From the human T2T-CHM13v2.0 reference genome, Homo sapiens, in the NCBI RefSeq assembly GCF_009914755.1, contig NC_060937.1: a stretch of 64,000 nt of DNA; one strand, 5' to 3'. Below are positions 41,551 through 52,845 of this stretch, piece by piece. Under the pieces are notes generated by a model. That model searched no databases and was not told the origin of the DNA. It saw only the letters and a program-made list of their open reading frames with translations. The position numbers and the translations under genes are program-made. Position 1 is the stretch's first letter. The number at the start of each line of letters is the position of its first letter.

Positions 41551-41789
41551 ATGTGGTTGCTACATTTTATACAGCATGTGGTTGCAGTTGTGTTTTATGC
41601 AGCATGTGGTTGCCGCGTGAGTCTCTCTGAATATCACTATACTAAGGACTGTAATGTGGACAGATGACCCTGAACAGTAGTGGGATCTAGAAGAGCTTTG
41701 AGGGAAAGTCCATCTTTTCGAGGCCATTCATGTTAAACCCTTCAAGTCGTTCCATTGAAACTCTTCTCACTAGGCTAATGATAAGGAGA

Positions 41790-42158
41790 TGTATTAGTCT
41801 GTTCTCATTCTGCTGCTGAAGACATACCCAAGATTGGGTAATTTTTAAAGGAAAGAGATTTAATTGACTCACAGTTCCTTAGAGCAGGGGAGGCCCAAGG
41901 AAACTTACAATCATGGTGGAAGGGGAGGCAAACACATTCTTCTTCACATGGTGGCAGCAAGGAGAAGTGCAGAGGAATTGCCCTTTGTAAAATCATCAGA
42001 TCTTGTGAGGCTTATTCACTATCACAAGAACAGCATGGGGAAAAACCGCCCCCATGATTCAGTTACTGCCCATTCCGGGTCCCTCCCATGACACGTGGGG
42101 ATTATGGGGGCTACAATTCAAGATGAGATTTGGGTGGGGGCACAGCCAAACCATATCA
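41790..42158 (-). mobile_element. THE1C-like solo LTR
   Basis: tgtattagtctgttctca...gggcacagccaaaccatatca. Confidence 0.92.
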
Positions 42159-42342
42159 GAAGGTAACATTCAAACAGCTACATGTAGCTCTTTCCAAAGA
42201 AATCTTCTTCTTAAATCTTTTGTCAGTCTTTCACATTATAGAAACTCTTTTATAATCACTGCACAGTGTGAGGGGTTCCAGAGTCTGTTCTAGAAAAGCA
42301 TAGCACATTTAAAATAAATCCACTGAGCATCTGTTATCCCCT

Positions 42343-42711
42343 TGTATTAGTCCATTTTCACACTGCTATAAAGAAACTACCTGAGACTGCATAATTAATA
42401 AAGAAAGAGGTTTAATTGACTCACAGTTCTGCATGACTGGGGAGGCCTCAGGAAACTTACAATCATGGGGGAAGGCAAAGGAGAAGTAGGCACCTTCCCC
42501 ACAGGGCAATGGGACAGAATGAATGCAAGCAGGGGAAATGCCAGATGCTTATAAAACCATCAGATTTTGTGAGACTCATTCACTATCATGAGACCAGTAT
42601 GGGGGAAACCACCCCCATGATCCAATTGCCTCCACCTGGTACCTCCCTCAACATGTTGGGATTACAATTCGAGATGAGATTTGGGTGGTGACACAGAGCC
42701 AAACCATATCT
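42343..42711 (-). mobile_element. THE1D-like solo LTR
   Basis: tgtattagtccattttcacactgctataaag...gacacagagccaaaccatatc; perfect 5-bp TSD cccct. Confidence 0.92.
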
Positions 42712-44721
42712 CCCCTCTGGTGAGGGTTTGAGACTTTATGCTAAAATCTTTGCATTTGGGTCTGGTACCTTGAGTTGGAATGTAGTATCTATTGTATTCC
42801 AGTGTCGAGTCAAAATTCTATTATATAAAATTATTAGTAATGTAATAATGCCTCAGCATTATTCCTCTGTTTTATTTTCTGCCTTCTGATCCATTTTCCT
42901 CAAGAATAATTTCCTTAAAGTGTAAATCTCTATTCAAGACTTATTTAATTCCAACACCCCAAAGTTGAACTAAGGACTTTTTATCTTAGACTAGTGAGAC
43001 AGTAGAGGGCTGATTTCTAGGGTTAGAAATTATAAGCCCCTGATCCAGAACTGTAGTAAACTAATTCTTTTTGTTTTAAATGGATCTTCCCTACTCTCCA
43101 CAGACATACCCAATGGGCCCTTTGTGCCTTCACTGTCAACAGATACCATCTCAGCCTGTCACACGATTCTAACACCTATAAACCTCCAAAAGGGACAGGC
43201 TCTGGATCACCAGCTTCCAGGAAGCTTTCCTCTTCTGGGTATTGGTTAGAGCTCTCTACAAATGTCTTCTGATTTTCTTAAAGATATTACATGTCTGGCT
43301 GCTAAGGAATTTTAGGAGAGATGGCTCCTGTTAATTTTGGAAAATATCCTATTCTATCAATTTGCTAATAAATAAGTGACTACTTGCTAAAATAAATATT
43401 TAAACAGCTACAATAAATTAGGTCTAGGGTCTAACGTCTAGCAAGTGAGTCTTCCCTTTAGCTATAAACCCTGGTTCAAGGACAAATCCTGAGTCTGCTC
43501 AAACAGTGCAGTGGGCTACTTTTAAATGGCAGTTTTTTAACATACTTATTGTGATTATTAGTTTATAGGTGTGTCTTCCCCATTATCCAGAGAGAGAATT
43601 GAGTAAGTAGTTTTCATTATTCATCTTTGTGTTCTAGAACATAATTTAAAGGTCAGCTACTGAATACAGAGTAAATTAATTACAGAATGCATGTAAGCAT
43701 AAAGGAAGGGAGGAGAGGAAGGAAGAAACGAAGGGAGGGAGGAAAGTTAATTTTATTTAATGAAGAAATTTGACAAGATCAAAAGTCACTGTCTCTTTAT
43801 GGATGAACCACAGATGTCTGCTAAGATTAAATTAAAATAAGAATAAATTTATAATAGTTCTGCCACTGTATGGATATTTATATATATATAGTGTTTTTAT
43901 GATCACAAAACAATGAATACTTATTGAATAGAAGTTTGGTTCAGGCATTAACTGTTGATACATCTTGAAATTTAGGGAACAGATTTTATTTCTTTAAAAA
44001 TGTGTATATTGGTTCATAGTTTTTATTTTTATTAATTTCAAATAAGCCATGCACTTTAAAAAAGTGAAATCGCATTAAAGGATTTCTCATTGAAAGCAAC
44101 AATTCCCCTGACTTACCTCATCCTAACCTAATAGGCAACAAACTATAGCTTTCTGTTTTGGGATCATTTTGTTGTATCTTCACATTATTAAATAGATATT
44201 TTTATTGCTGTTTCTTGGCATATCTATTTTAGCCATGATTTGTTGATTGCTTTTGGATGGATGCCAAAGAAAAACACTTAACTCCTTAGATACCCTTCTT
44301 ACCTTTTCATGTTTGATTACAATATGTTGACTTCTTCTAGGGTATCTTAGTTGCTTCATTTGCTTTCAATAAGATGCTTACTTACACCTTTATTTTCTGG
44401 CTTGCCTACCATGGGTCATAGCTTGCGAGTATACTTGGTGAATGAGGTGCTAACCCTGCCCTTCCCTCCCCTGCCCCTGCATCCTGTGTGTTGAACACTC
44501 ACCCCTCCTTGGCTGCAACCCATTCCATGAGCATTCCGGGCTTTCTCTACCTGCTTGACTGGACACCACTGTTCCACATGCTCTCTTTATGAAACCTGTT
44601 ACAGTTTTTCTCTTTGCTGTTAGTGCATTCCTTATCCTTATTTGTGAGTTTAAAACATAATGATTTCTTTACTTCCATAGTAATAAAGTATGAGAGGGAG
44701 AAGAAGTAAATGCCTTCCTTT

Positions 44722-45478
44722 TGTTACCGGGGGTCTTTGCTCCCAGAGCTCCCAAGATGGTGGCGGGCTACTCCCAGGATGGTGGCCAGCCACTCCCAAG
44801 ATGGTGGCAAGCCTCTTGCTCTCTGACCTGGGGTACTTGGCCTCATGGATTCCAAGGAATGGAATCTGGGGCCATGTGGTGAGTGTTATACCTCTATTAG
44901 AAGCTGTGGGTCATGGAAAGGAACCGTGGAACCCAAACGACTAGTGTTCGGCTCCATTAGGATGAATCCAGGCACTTAGCTGCACAGGAACAATGGTGAG
45001 CCTTCAGCCTGATTGGGAGCAGCAGTGGGCGCCTTGCTGGATCAGAAGTGCAGTGGACACCCTGCCGGATCTGGAGGGTTGGAAGTCAAAATGGCGGGTC
45101 TGCAATGACAGCAATCAGCAGTGGTGGACAGCGAGCCAAAGCTCAGCTTGAGCTGGAACAAACAGACCAGAAGAGTGTGCAGTTGCAAGATTTAATAGAG
45201 TGAAAACAGAGCTCCCATACAACAGGAGGGGACCCAAAAGGGGTTGTTGCCACTGCTGGCTCCCTCCCCCTGTGCTCTCAGGCAATAGATGATTTGACTA
45301 TTTCTTTACCTTCTGCTTTTAGCCTGATTGGTATTTTAGTGAGCCCTCTTTACTACCTGATGGGTCCGGTGTGAGCTGAGTTACAAGCCCCATGTTTAAA
45401 GGTGGGTGCAGTCACATTCCCCAGCTAGGCTTAGGAATTCTTAGTCGGCCTAGGAAATCCAGCTAGTCCTGTCTCTCA
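44722..45478 (-). mobile_element. HERV-W solo LTR (LTR17), 757 bp
   Basis: Minus strand begins TGAGAGACAGGACTAGCTGGATTTCCTAGGCCGACTAAGAAT and ends CCCCCGGTAACA; ATTAAA at 45196-45191; three CCACCATCYTGGGAG units in U5; 4-bp TSD cttt. Confidence 0.95.
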
Positions 45479-46918
45479 CTTTGACTAGATTAAACCAGAG
45501 CTTTTTTTTGTTTCTTTTGGCTCTTGTTCAATATTTATTGGTCTGCTTCAGGTTTTATTTTTTCTGCTTTATTTGAATGAAAGAGTTTGACTTGATATTT
45601 TCTCTTCTGCCAAGGATAAGAAGGCTTAATTTCTTTTGCAAGGGTGTATTTAGTTTTAAAATTAGTATTTTTCCTTTGTATTTGTTACCTGTGCTTGGTA
45701 AGTTTCAATTTCATCTCATATATTATAGTATTACTCTACTTTATCTAATATATTGAGCCATACTATTTAACAATGATCATAATTTCTTACCTTTACAAAA
45801 TATTTTATGCCACAGAGTCACATAAATTATCTCACTTAAAAAAAAATGTCATTTTGATAGTTGCCTAAAGAAAAACTTCATACTAATCTTTCCGTCCCCA
45901 AAGTCAGCTTAAGTATAGAAATATTACTGACCTCCAGAATCCTCATTTTTAGATTACTTCCCCTTTCTGTGTACTCTCATTTTAATATTATATCATTTAG
46001 ATAGTACTAGTTCAATTAGAATGTTGTGGCAAATACCGTGTTAAAGTTTACAGACATTGTTGCTACAAAAAGTAGTGGCATTTTTGTTGATGTTGAAAAA
46101 CTTATTTTTAGCAGTTCAAAGAAAAAAATTTTAAAAATTAATATAGAGAACACACCTCCCTCCCTAATAGTCTATTTTAATAAACAAATGAAATTAAAAT
46201 TCTGAATTTTTGTTTTCCAAATGAATCATCTAAGACTATTTTGACAAATCCCTGATCTTTAGGATTTTCTTAACTGAGACAGATAACATTGATTTGGCCA
46301 AGATATTTAGTAAAAAGATATTTAACGTATTTAACATCTAATTTAGATATTAGAAAGCAGGTTCTTGAAAGACGAAATTAAGAGCTCTACATCTGCCTCT
46401 GTGATCAGAGTCAGCGGTTTGAATGAGTTTCATCCACATTTGATGTAGACAGAGTGCTTTTCCTGCTAGATGGGCATCCAGAAACACAAGAAAAACTGTG
46501 ACGGTGAGGCAGAGCAGGCGTCGTGCTGACAGCTGAGATGCTTGTGATACCTTCGCTGGCCCGGTGGTCTTGTTATTTGGTTGTGTTGACATCAAAAGAG
46601 CACCGTGAGATTCATCAGATTGACAGCGTGGTTGACACATAGCTACAGCTTTTGTAAATATTTATATTAGGCCTCAAGGAAAGGGATAAGTAAGTGCACA
46701 TTGTTGGGCGCAGAGTAAATAGGAAAGTACAGGTTAGGGAGATTATCTTGCTTTTCTAAGTAACAGACATAGGATTTGTGTGAAAGGAGTGGTTCCAAAA
46801 GTGTAGGATAATCAGAAGAGTATGATGAACAAATTTGCCCAGGAAGGGAAATAAGATGTTGTTTTATCATCTTAACATTTTACTTTACATATGCATCTCA
46901 TTTAAAAATTTCCAAATT

Positions 46919-47766
46919 CTTTCTCTTCAACTTTTAATTTAAGTTCTGGGGCACATGTGTAGGAAGCGCAGGTTTGTTACATAGGTAAACGTGTGCCATG
47001 GTGGTTTGCAGAACACACCAACCCATCACCTAGGTATTAAGCCCAACGTCCATTAGCTAGCTATTCTTCTTGATGCTGTCCCTTCCCCTGCCTCTCCCCG
47101 ACAGCCCCCAATGTATGTTGTTCCCCACCATGTGTCCATGTGTTCTCATCATTCAGCTCCTGCTTATAAGTGAGAACATTCAGTGCTTGATTTTGTGTTC
47201 CCCCATTAGTTTGCCGAGGATAACAGCTTCCAGCTCCATCCATGTCCCTGCAGAGGACATGATCTTGTTCCTTTTTATGGCTGCATAGTACTCCATGATG
47301 TATATGTACCACATTGTCTTTATCCAGTCTATCATTGATGGCCATTTAGGTTGATTCCATGTCTTTGCAATTATGAATAGTGCTACAATGAATATACATG
47401 TATTTTTATAATGGAATGATTTATATTCCTTTACGTATATATCCAGTAATGATTATATACCCAAAGAGATACCATTTGACCCAAATTGCTGGGTCAAATG
47501 GTATTTCTGCCTCTAGATCTTTTAGAAATTGCCACACTGTCTTCCATAATGATTGAACTAATTTACACTCCCACCATCAGTGTGAAAGTGTTCCTTTCTC
47601 TCTGCAACCTCGCTAGCATCTGTTGTTTCTGGATTTTTTAATAATTGCCATTCTGACTGGCATAAGATGGTGTCTCACTGTGATTTTGTTTTGCATTTCT
47701 GTATCAGTGATGGACTTTTTTTCATATGTTTATTGGCCACATGAATATCTTCTTTTGAGAAGTGTC
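46919..47766 (-). mobile_element. L1PA 3' end (roughly L1PA11-13)
   Basis: gcaggtttgttacataggtaaacgtgtgccatggtggtttgc...ttataagtgagaacat...tttacactcccacca...cttcttttgagaagtgtc. Confidence 0.92.
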
Positions 47767-48254
47767 ACACACACTCATATGTTCCTTACCGTACTATTCA
47801 CAATAGCAAAGACATGGAAACAACCTAGGTGTTCATCAACAGTGGACTGGATAAGAAAATGTGGCACATATGCACCATGGAATATTATGCAGCCATAAAA
47901 AAGAATGACATCATGTCCTTTGCAGCAACATGGTTGCAGCTGTAAGACATTATCCTAAACAAATTAAGGCAAGAACGGAAAATCAAATATTGCCTATTCT
48001 CACTTATAAATGGAAGCTAAACATTGGGTACTCACGGACATAAAGATGGGAACAATAGATGCTAGGGACTACTAGAAGGAGAAGGGAGGAAGAGGGGCAA
48101 GGGTTGAAAACTAACTGTTGGGTCTTATGCTGACCACTCGGGCAATGGGATGAATCATACCTCAAACCTCAGCATCACACAATATACCCATGTAACAAAC
48201 TTGTACATGTGTTCCCTGATTCTAAAATAAAACTTGAGATTCTTTTTTAAAAAG
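47767..48254 (+). mobile_element. L1 3' end of an older subfamily (roughly L1PA15-17)
   Basis: ctattcacaatagcaaagacatggaa...ggacataaagatgggaacaataga...aaacctcagcatcacacaatatacccatgtaacaaac...ctaaaataaaa. Confidence 0.92.
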
Positions 48255-49995
48255 AAAAATTTCAAAATTTATTTACCTCTCAATGCATATGATTTCTTTG
48301 TTTATGTCTCTTCCCCCTATACTATAAAATGTTTTATAGCAGGATCTATAATAATTAAGGCCTGGGAATATCGTAGAATCTATATTAATTGTGATACCTT
48401 CTATTTTCAATCTATATACAGCATAGGATGTAGTGTAGTGTTTTGAACATTATAGATCCTCCAACAGTATTTGTTGAATACATTTATTAAAGATAATAGG
48501 TTGCTTGCAATAGATTCTAGCTAACATGATTGCAGTTTGAGAACAAACTCAGTTCTTTTATATTTCAGTGTTCTACTGAAAACCAAACACAAACATGAAT
48601 ATTATTGCTACCATAAAGGTTGACAACTTTTATTAATATTTAAGATTCTTTTTAATGGTTCAAAGAACTATGGGAATGTTAATATTGGAAACACAACTTC
48701 CTGACTCATATTTTTCATTAGTATTAAAATGAAAGTATCAAGTATCAACCCTAGTTTTTTTTCTTTTACATCTAAATAATTAAGATCCTTCCACAATCTT
48801 CTAAACTTAATTTATTAAATAACAAAATCACTGCTTTGAAATTCAAGGAAATTGACATTTTAAGCTCTGATTTATGATTTTTCCTGCAGACTATGTGAGT
48901 AATCTGATTATTTTTATATTGATGAAAAAATAGTTCAATAAGAAATTTATTCAGACACTTGTACCTTGACATTATAATAGAAAAATAAAGACACAATATT
49001 TGTAAATTTATGTACCTGAAAGTTAAAAATATTTGCTTTGGATTAATGAGATATGAGATTAGTTCATTTAAATAGCTATTTAAATGTCTCTTTCATCTAG
49101 TTTTCCTATTGTGTCTTTCCACATAAAGAAACATGCACCAAAATCTGAAAGGTCAGGAGTCTAAAATAGTAAACATATGTCACTCAAATTCATGATACAT
49201 ACTAAGACCCAGAGAGAGGAGTCTGTAGGAATCCTATAGAACGTCTCCTATTACCCTTCTTTATTAACTCACAGCAATCCAGTTTCCTCTTATAATATCT
49301 TCACTGTTTACGTTTTCAATCCTCTAATCATGAGTGTGGCTATTTTTGTGCAGAGTACATAATATGCTTAATCTCTTTTGTTAATAGAGGTTTTTTAAAA
49401 GACCTTTTAGAGGTGGGAGTCATTTTAAAAGCAGATTGTGCAATTTTTCTCCTTCATATATTTGAACATGTTTTAATAATGTTTCTTTCTAAAGGTTTGG
49501 GTACACTTGGCAGATTTTTAGACATGGAAGTCTAGAGTCGCGTTTCTATTTAATATTTTCAACTTTATGTGTAGTATATATACTTTACACATTTCAAAGT
49601 TGTTCTCTCATCTGTCTCCATAGTGTCTTTATAAGATAAATGGCTGGTGTATCTTGAGATCTTAACTATAATGCTAAATTTTGTTTCTTTTAATATTTTA
49701 AAATCACATTAACTTTTTATATTGTTATATATTTATTATTCAAGGCTTAGACAATCTACATGCTTGTTAAGTTTCAGTCTAGGCGCCAATTTTTTCTGCC
49801 TTTTTCTCTTAGCTTTGAAATTCTCTTAAATAGAAATAATGTGGGAAGATTTTCATAGCCTAGTCATTACATAACAAATATCAAAGCCATTAACAGTAAG
49901 AAAGCATTTGTTTAATCTCATCATCACTCTCTTTATGGTTTTATCTAAATCCAAACCAGATGTTGAGCAGAACTAACTCCCTGTGACATCCATAC

Positions 49996-49997
<2 letters not shown>

Positions 49998-50047
<50 letters not shown>
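49998..50047. repeat. (TG)25 microsatellite
   Basis: Uninterrupted TG run. Confidence 0.97.
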
Positions 50048-50053
<6 letters not shown>

Positions 50054-50847
50054 TCAGAAATCAGAATGTTTGGTCTGTTTAATTTTGTTTTTTGAAAGCT
50101 CAGCCATCTGACATGATGAACACATTTCAGAATTTACAATTGTTTCTTGGCCTGAATAAGATCAAATTTTACAAGCATTCATAATTTTTCTTGGCACAGT
50201 TCTTCCTTGTGTTTCTTATACATGTTGTTCCCCTGTGAAAAAATTTTCTGGCTGTGTCAAAGAAATACATCTTTGAAGTTACGGATTGGACCATATAGCT
50301 GATGACAAAATCAAATTGATGGTCCACCAACAATAGAAACATAAGTGGTTAATTGCTATGTATCTTCATGTCACAATTTTTAAAAGCTACATAGCTACAT
50401 CTTGACAGTGGAAATATTTCTAATAACCAACATTTATTGAATGCTTCCTACGTACTTAGCATTGTGGTAACATTTTGTGGCAGGGAATATTATTGTTATC
50501 ACTATTTGCTATTGCTAAGTTGATGTGGGCAAAGTCACATACCAAATAGTTAGTTGCACCAGTATTTGAATTCAAGCAGTTCCATCCCAATGTCCACATT
50601 CCAAGTCCCAGCATACCACAGTGCCACAGGGAGGTGACAGCTCTCTGTGGCTAGGCACTTCATCATACCACATTCCTAAATAAGAAGATTATCTTCTTTG
50701 TTGCGTTTTCTGCCTTGGATTTCTAGGCATGGTTAAAGCAGATGTCCCTATGTACTAAACATATAAGCATTCAATCACAGAACTATTTATTTGTGTATTT
50801 ACATGTCAGATCTTATAGAGCAATATTTAAGTTATCAAAAGACATAG

Positions 50848-51483
50848 TGTGTCTGGAATTGGTTCCTTCTGGTGGGTTCTTGGTCTCACTGACTTCAAGA
50901 ATGAAGCTGCGGACCCTCGTGGTGAGTGTTACAGTTCTCAAAGATGGTGTGTCCAGAGTTTCTTCCTTCAGATATTCAAATGTGTCCGGAGTTTCTTCCC
51001 TCTGGTGGGTTCGTGGTCTCACTGACTTCAGGAGTGCAGACACAGACCTTCACAGTGAGTGTTACAGCTCTTAAAGGTGGCGCATCAGAGTTGTTTGTTC
51101 CTCCCGGTGGGTTTGTGGTCTCACTGACTTCAGGAATGAAGCTGCAGACCCTTGTGGTGAGTGTTACATCTCATAAAGGTACTGCAGACCCAAAGTGAGC
51201 AGCAGCAAGATTTATTGTGAAGAGCAAAAGAACAAAGCTTCCACAGCATGGAAGGGGACCCAAGCAGGTTGCTGCTGCTGGCTTGGGTGGCCAGCTTTTA
51301 TTCCCTTATTTGGCCCCACCCATGTCCTGCTGATTGGTCCATTTTACAGAGCACTGATTGGTCCATCTACAAACCTTTAGCTAGGCACAGAGTGCTGATT
51401 GGTGTGTTTACAATCCTTTAGTTAGACAGAAAAGTTCTCCAAGTCCCCAGCCGACACGGAAGCCCAGCCAGCTTCACCTCTCA
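50848..51483 (-). mobile_element. ERV9 solo LTR (LTR12 family, short form), 636 bp
   Basis: Minus strand starts TGAGAGGTGAAGC and ends CCAGACACA; three CCAAT boxes; three repeats of ggtgggtt...ggtctcactgacttca...gtgagtgttaca; TSD atag/ctag. Confidence 0.95.
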
Positions 51484-51489
51484 CTAGCA

Positions 51490-51720
51490 TGTGGTAGTGA
51501 GTATTAGCATAATATTAAATAAAGTACCTTGGACTCGCAATCAAAAGGCATGGACTCATTCTGTCTCTTCTACTTGAGAAATGAATGCTTTAAATAAGTT
51601 ACCTGAGCATTGTTGGTTCTTAGCATCCTCACTCATAAAAGAAGATAATAATATTAATACTAATACTTTTCTCTGACTGGATTGTTACAAGGATTAAGGG
51701 GACTAATTAACACAAAAGTA
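51490..51720 (+). mobile_element. MIR remnant
   Basis: ctttaaataagttacctgagc...catcctcactcataaaagaagataataata...ggattgttacaaggattaa. Confidence 0.55.
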
Positions 51721-52514
51721 AGAGTAAATAATGTAGTAGAAAATAAATAGATGATGGTGTTTTTTGCTTCTTTCTTACCAAGTAGATGTTTTAAAAATAG
51801 TCAAAATAATCTGTTGCAAGTACCCAGAACTCAAACAATTTGAAGATGGGTTGCTTAACTTTTAGTAATTATGATGGAAACCAAAAATTGTCATTAACTA
51901 AATGATTACATCATTTTATATTATTGGTGAGAAATCATTTTAGTACTATAAGTATTGAGATGTTAATTTAAATGATTCACCCTGTTCATAAAATTTCTAA
52001 AATGAAAATAGTTTAAAAAGTGATTTTCAGACTGTAAAGTTGTGGTGATGAAATCAATTTACATCTCATTTTGGAGATCATCTTTGTATTTTAATATTTT
52101 TGTATTTAATACAAAAAGAGGAGTTATATCACTCATAGTTAACCTAAGTATTATTTTTGTGAAATTTTCCATTTGATTTTACACACACACAGACATACAC
52201 ACATCTGTACCTGGTCATACGTATGTATGTGTGTATGTATTGGTTTATGATATGAATGTTATTTCTTACCATAAATTTCACCGTTATAAAAAAGTTGCTC
52301 TCCACAATACTGGCTGTCAGTGTCCCATACACAAGATGATGTGTTTAAAAGGTGTGCGTGTTACCCAGGCTTGGCCAATCAGAATTTTTCGTAAGATTGT
52401 TACATTAAGTTTAACAATTGTTAGATTTTTAAATTAATTTTTAAATTAATTGTTGAATTAAATTTCCTAAAATTGTTAAGTTGCCTCTGGTAGACATTCT
52501 AGAAACATATATAA

Positions 52515-52531
52515 CAGAGACAGACAGACAG

Positions 52532-52564
<33 letters not shown>

Positions 52565-52845
52565 GAGGAAAAGAGATGAGATAAGATATGAGGTGATGAG
52601 AAAGAGAAATGCAGAAAAATAGAGAGATGCATAAAGAAATGCAGAGATAGAAAAATGCAGATAAATAGTGACAACAAATTAGAAAAATAGAGAGAAAGGC
52701 AATGCAGTGAAAGAGACACAACAAGGGGACAGAGACAGAAAATGCAGAGAGATATGCAGAAAGAAATATACAGGGGCAAAGAGACACGGAGAAAAGGAGA
52801 CAGATGCCCAGAAAGAAATACAACAGAAACAGAAGAGAGATGAAG
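52515..52845. repeat. (CA)n microsatellite followed by about 280 bp of GA-rich low-complexity sequence
   Basis: gacagaca(ca)n then recurrent gaaatgcagaga / agagaca units. Confidence 0.85.

Noticed and set aside
41790-42711. Two THE1 LTRs as the ends of one provirus
   Set aside because: They differ in subfamily features and the second has its own cccct TSD.
50860-51180. Three spaced repeats resembling an array
   Set aside because: Normal internal repeats of LTR12.
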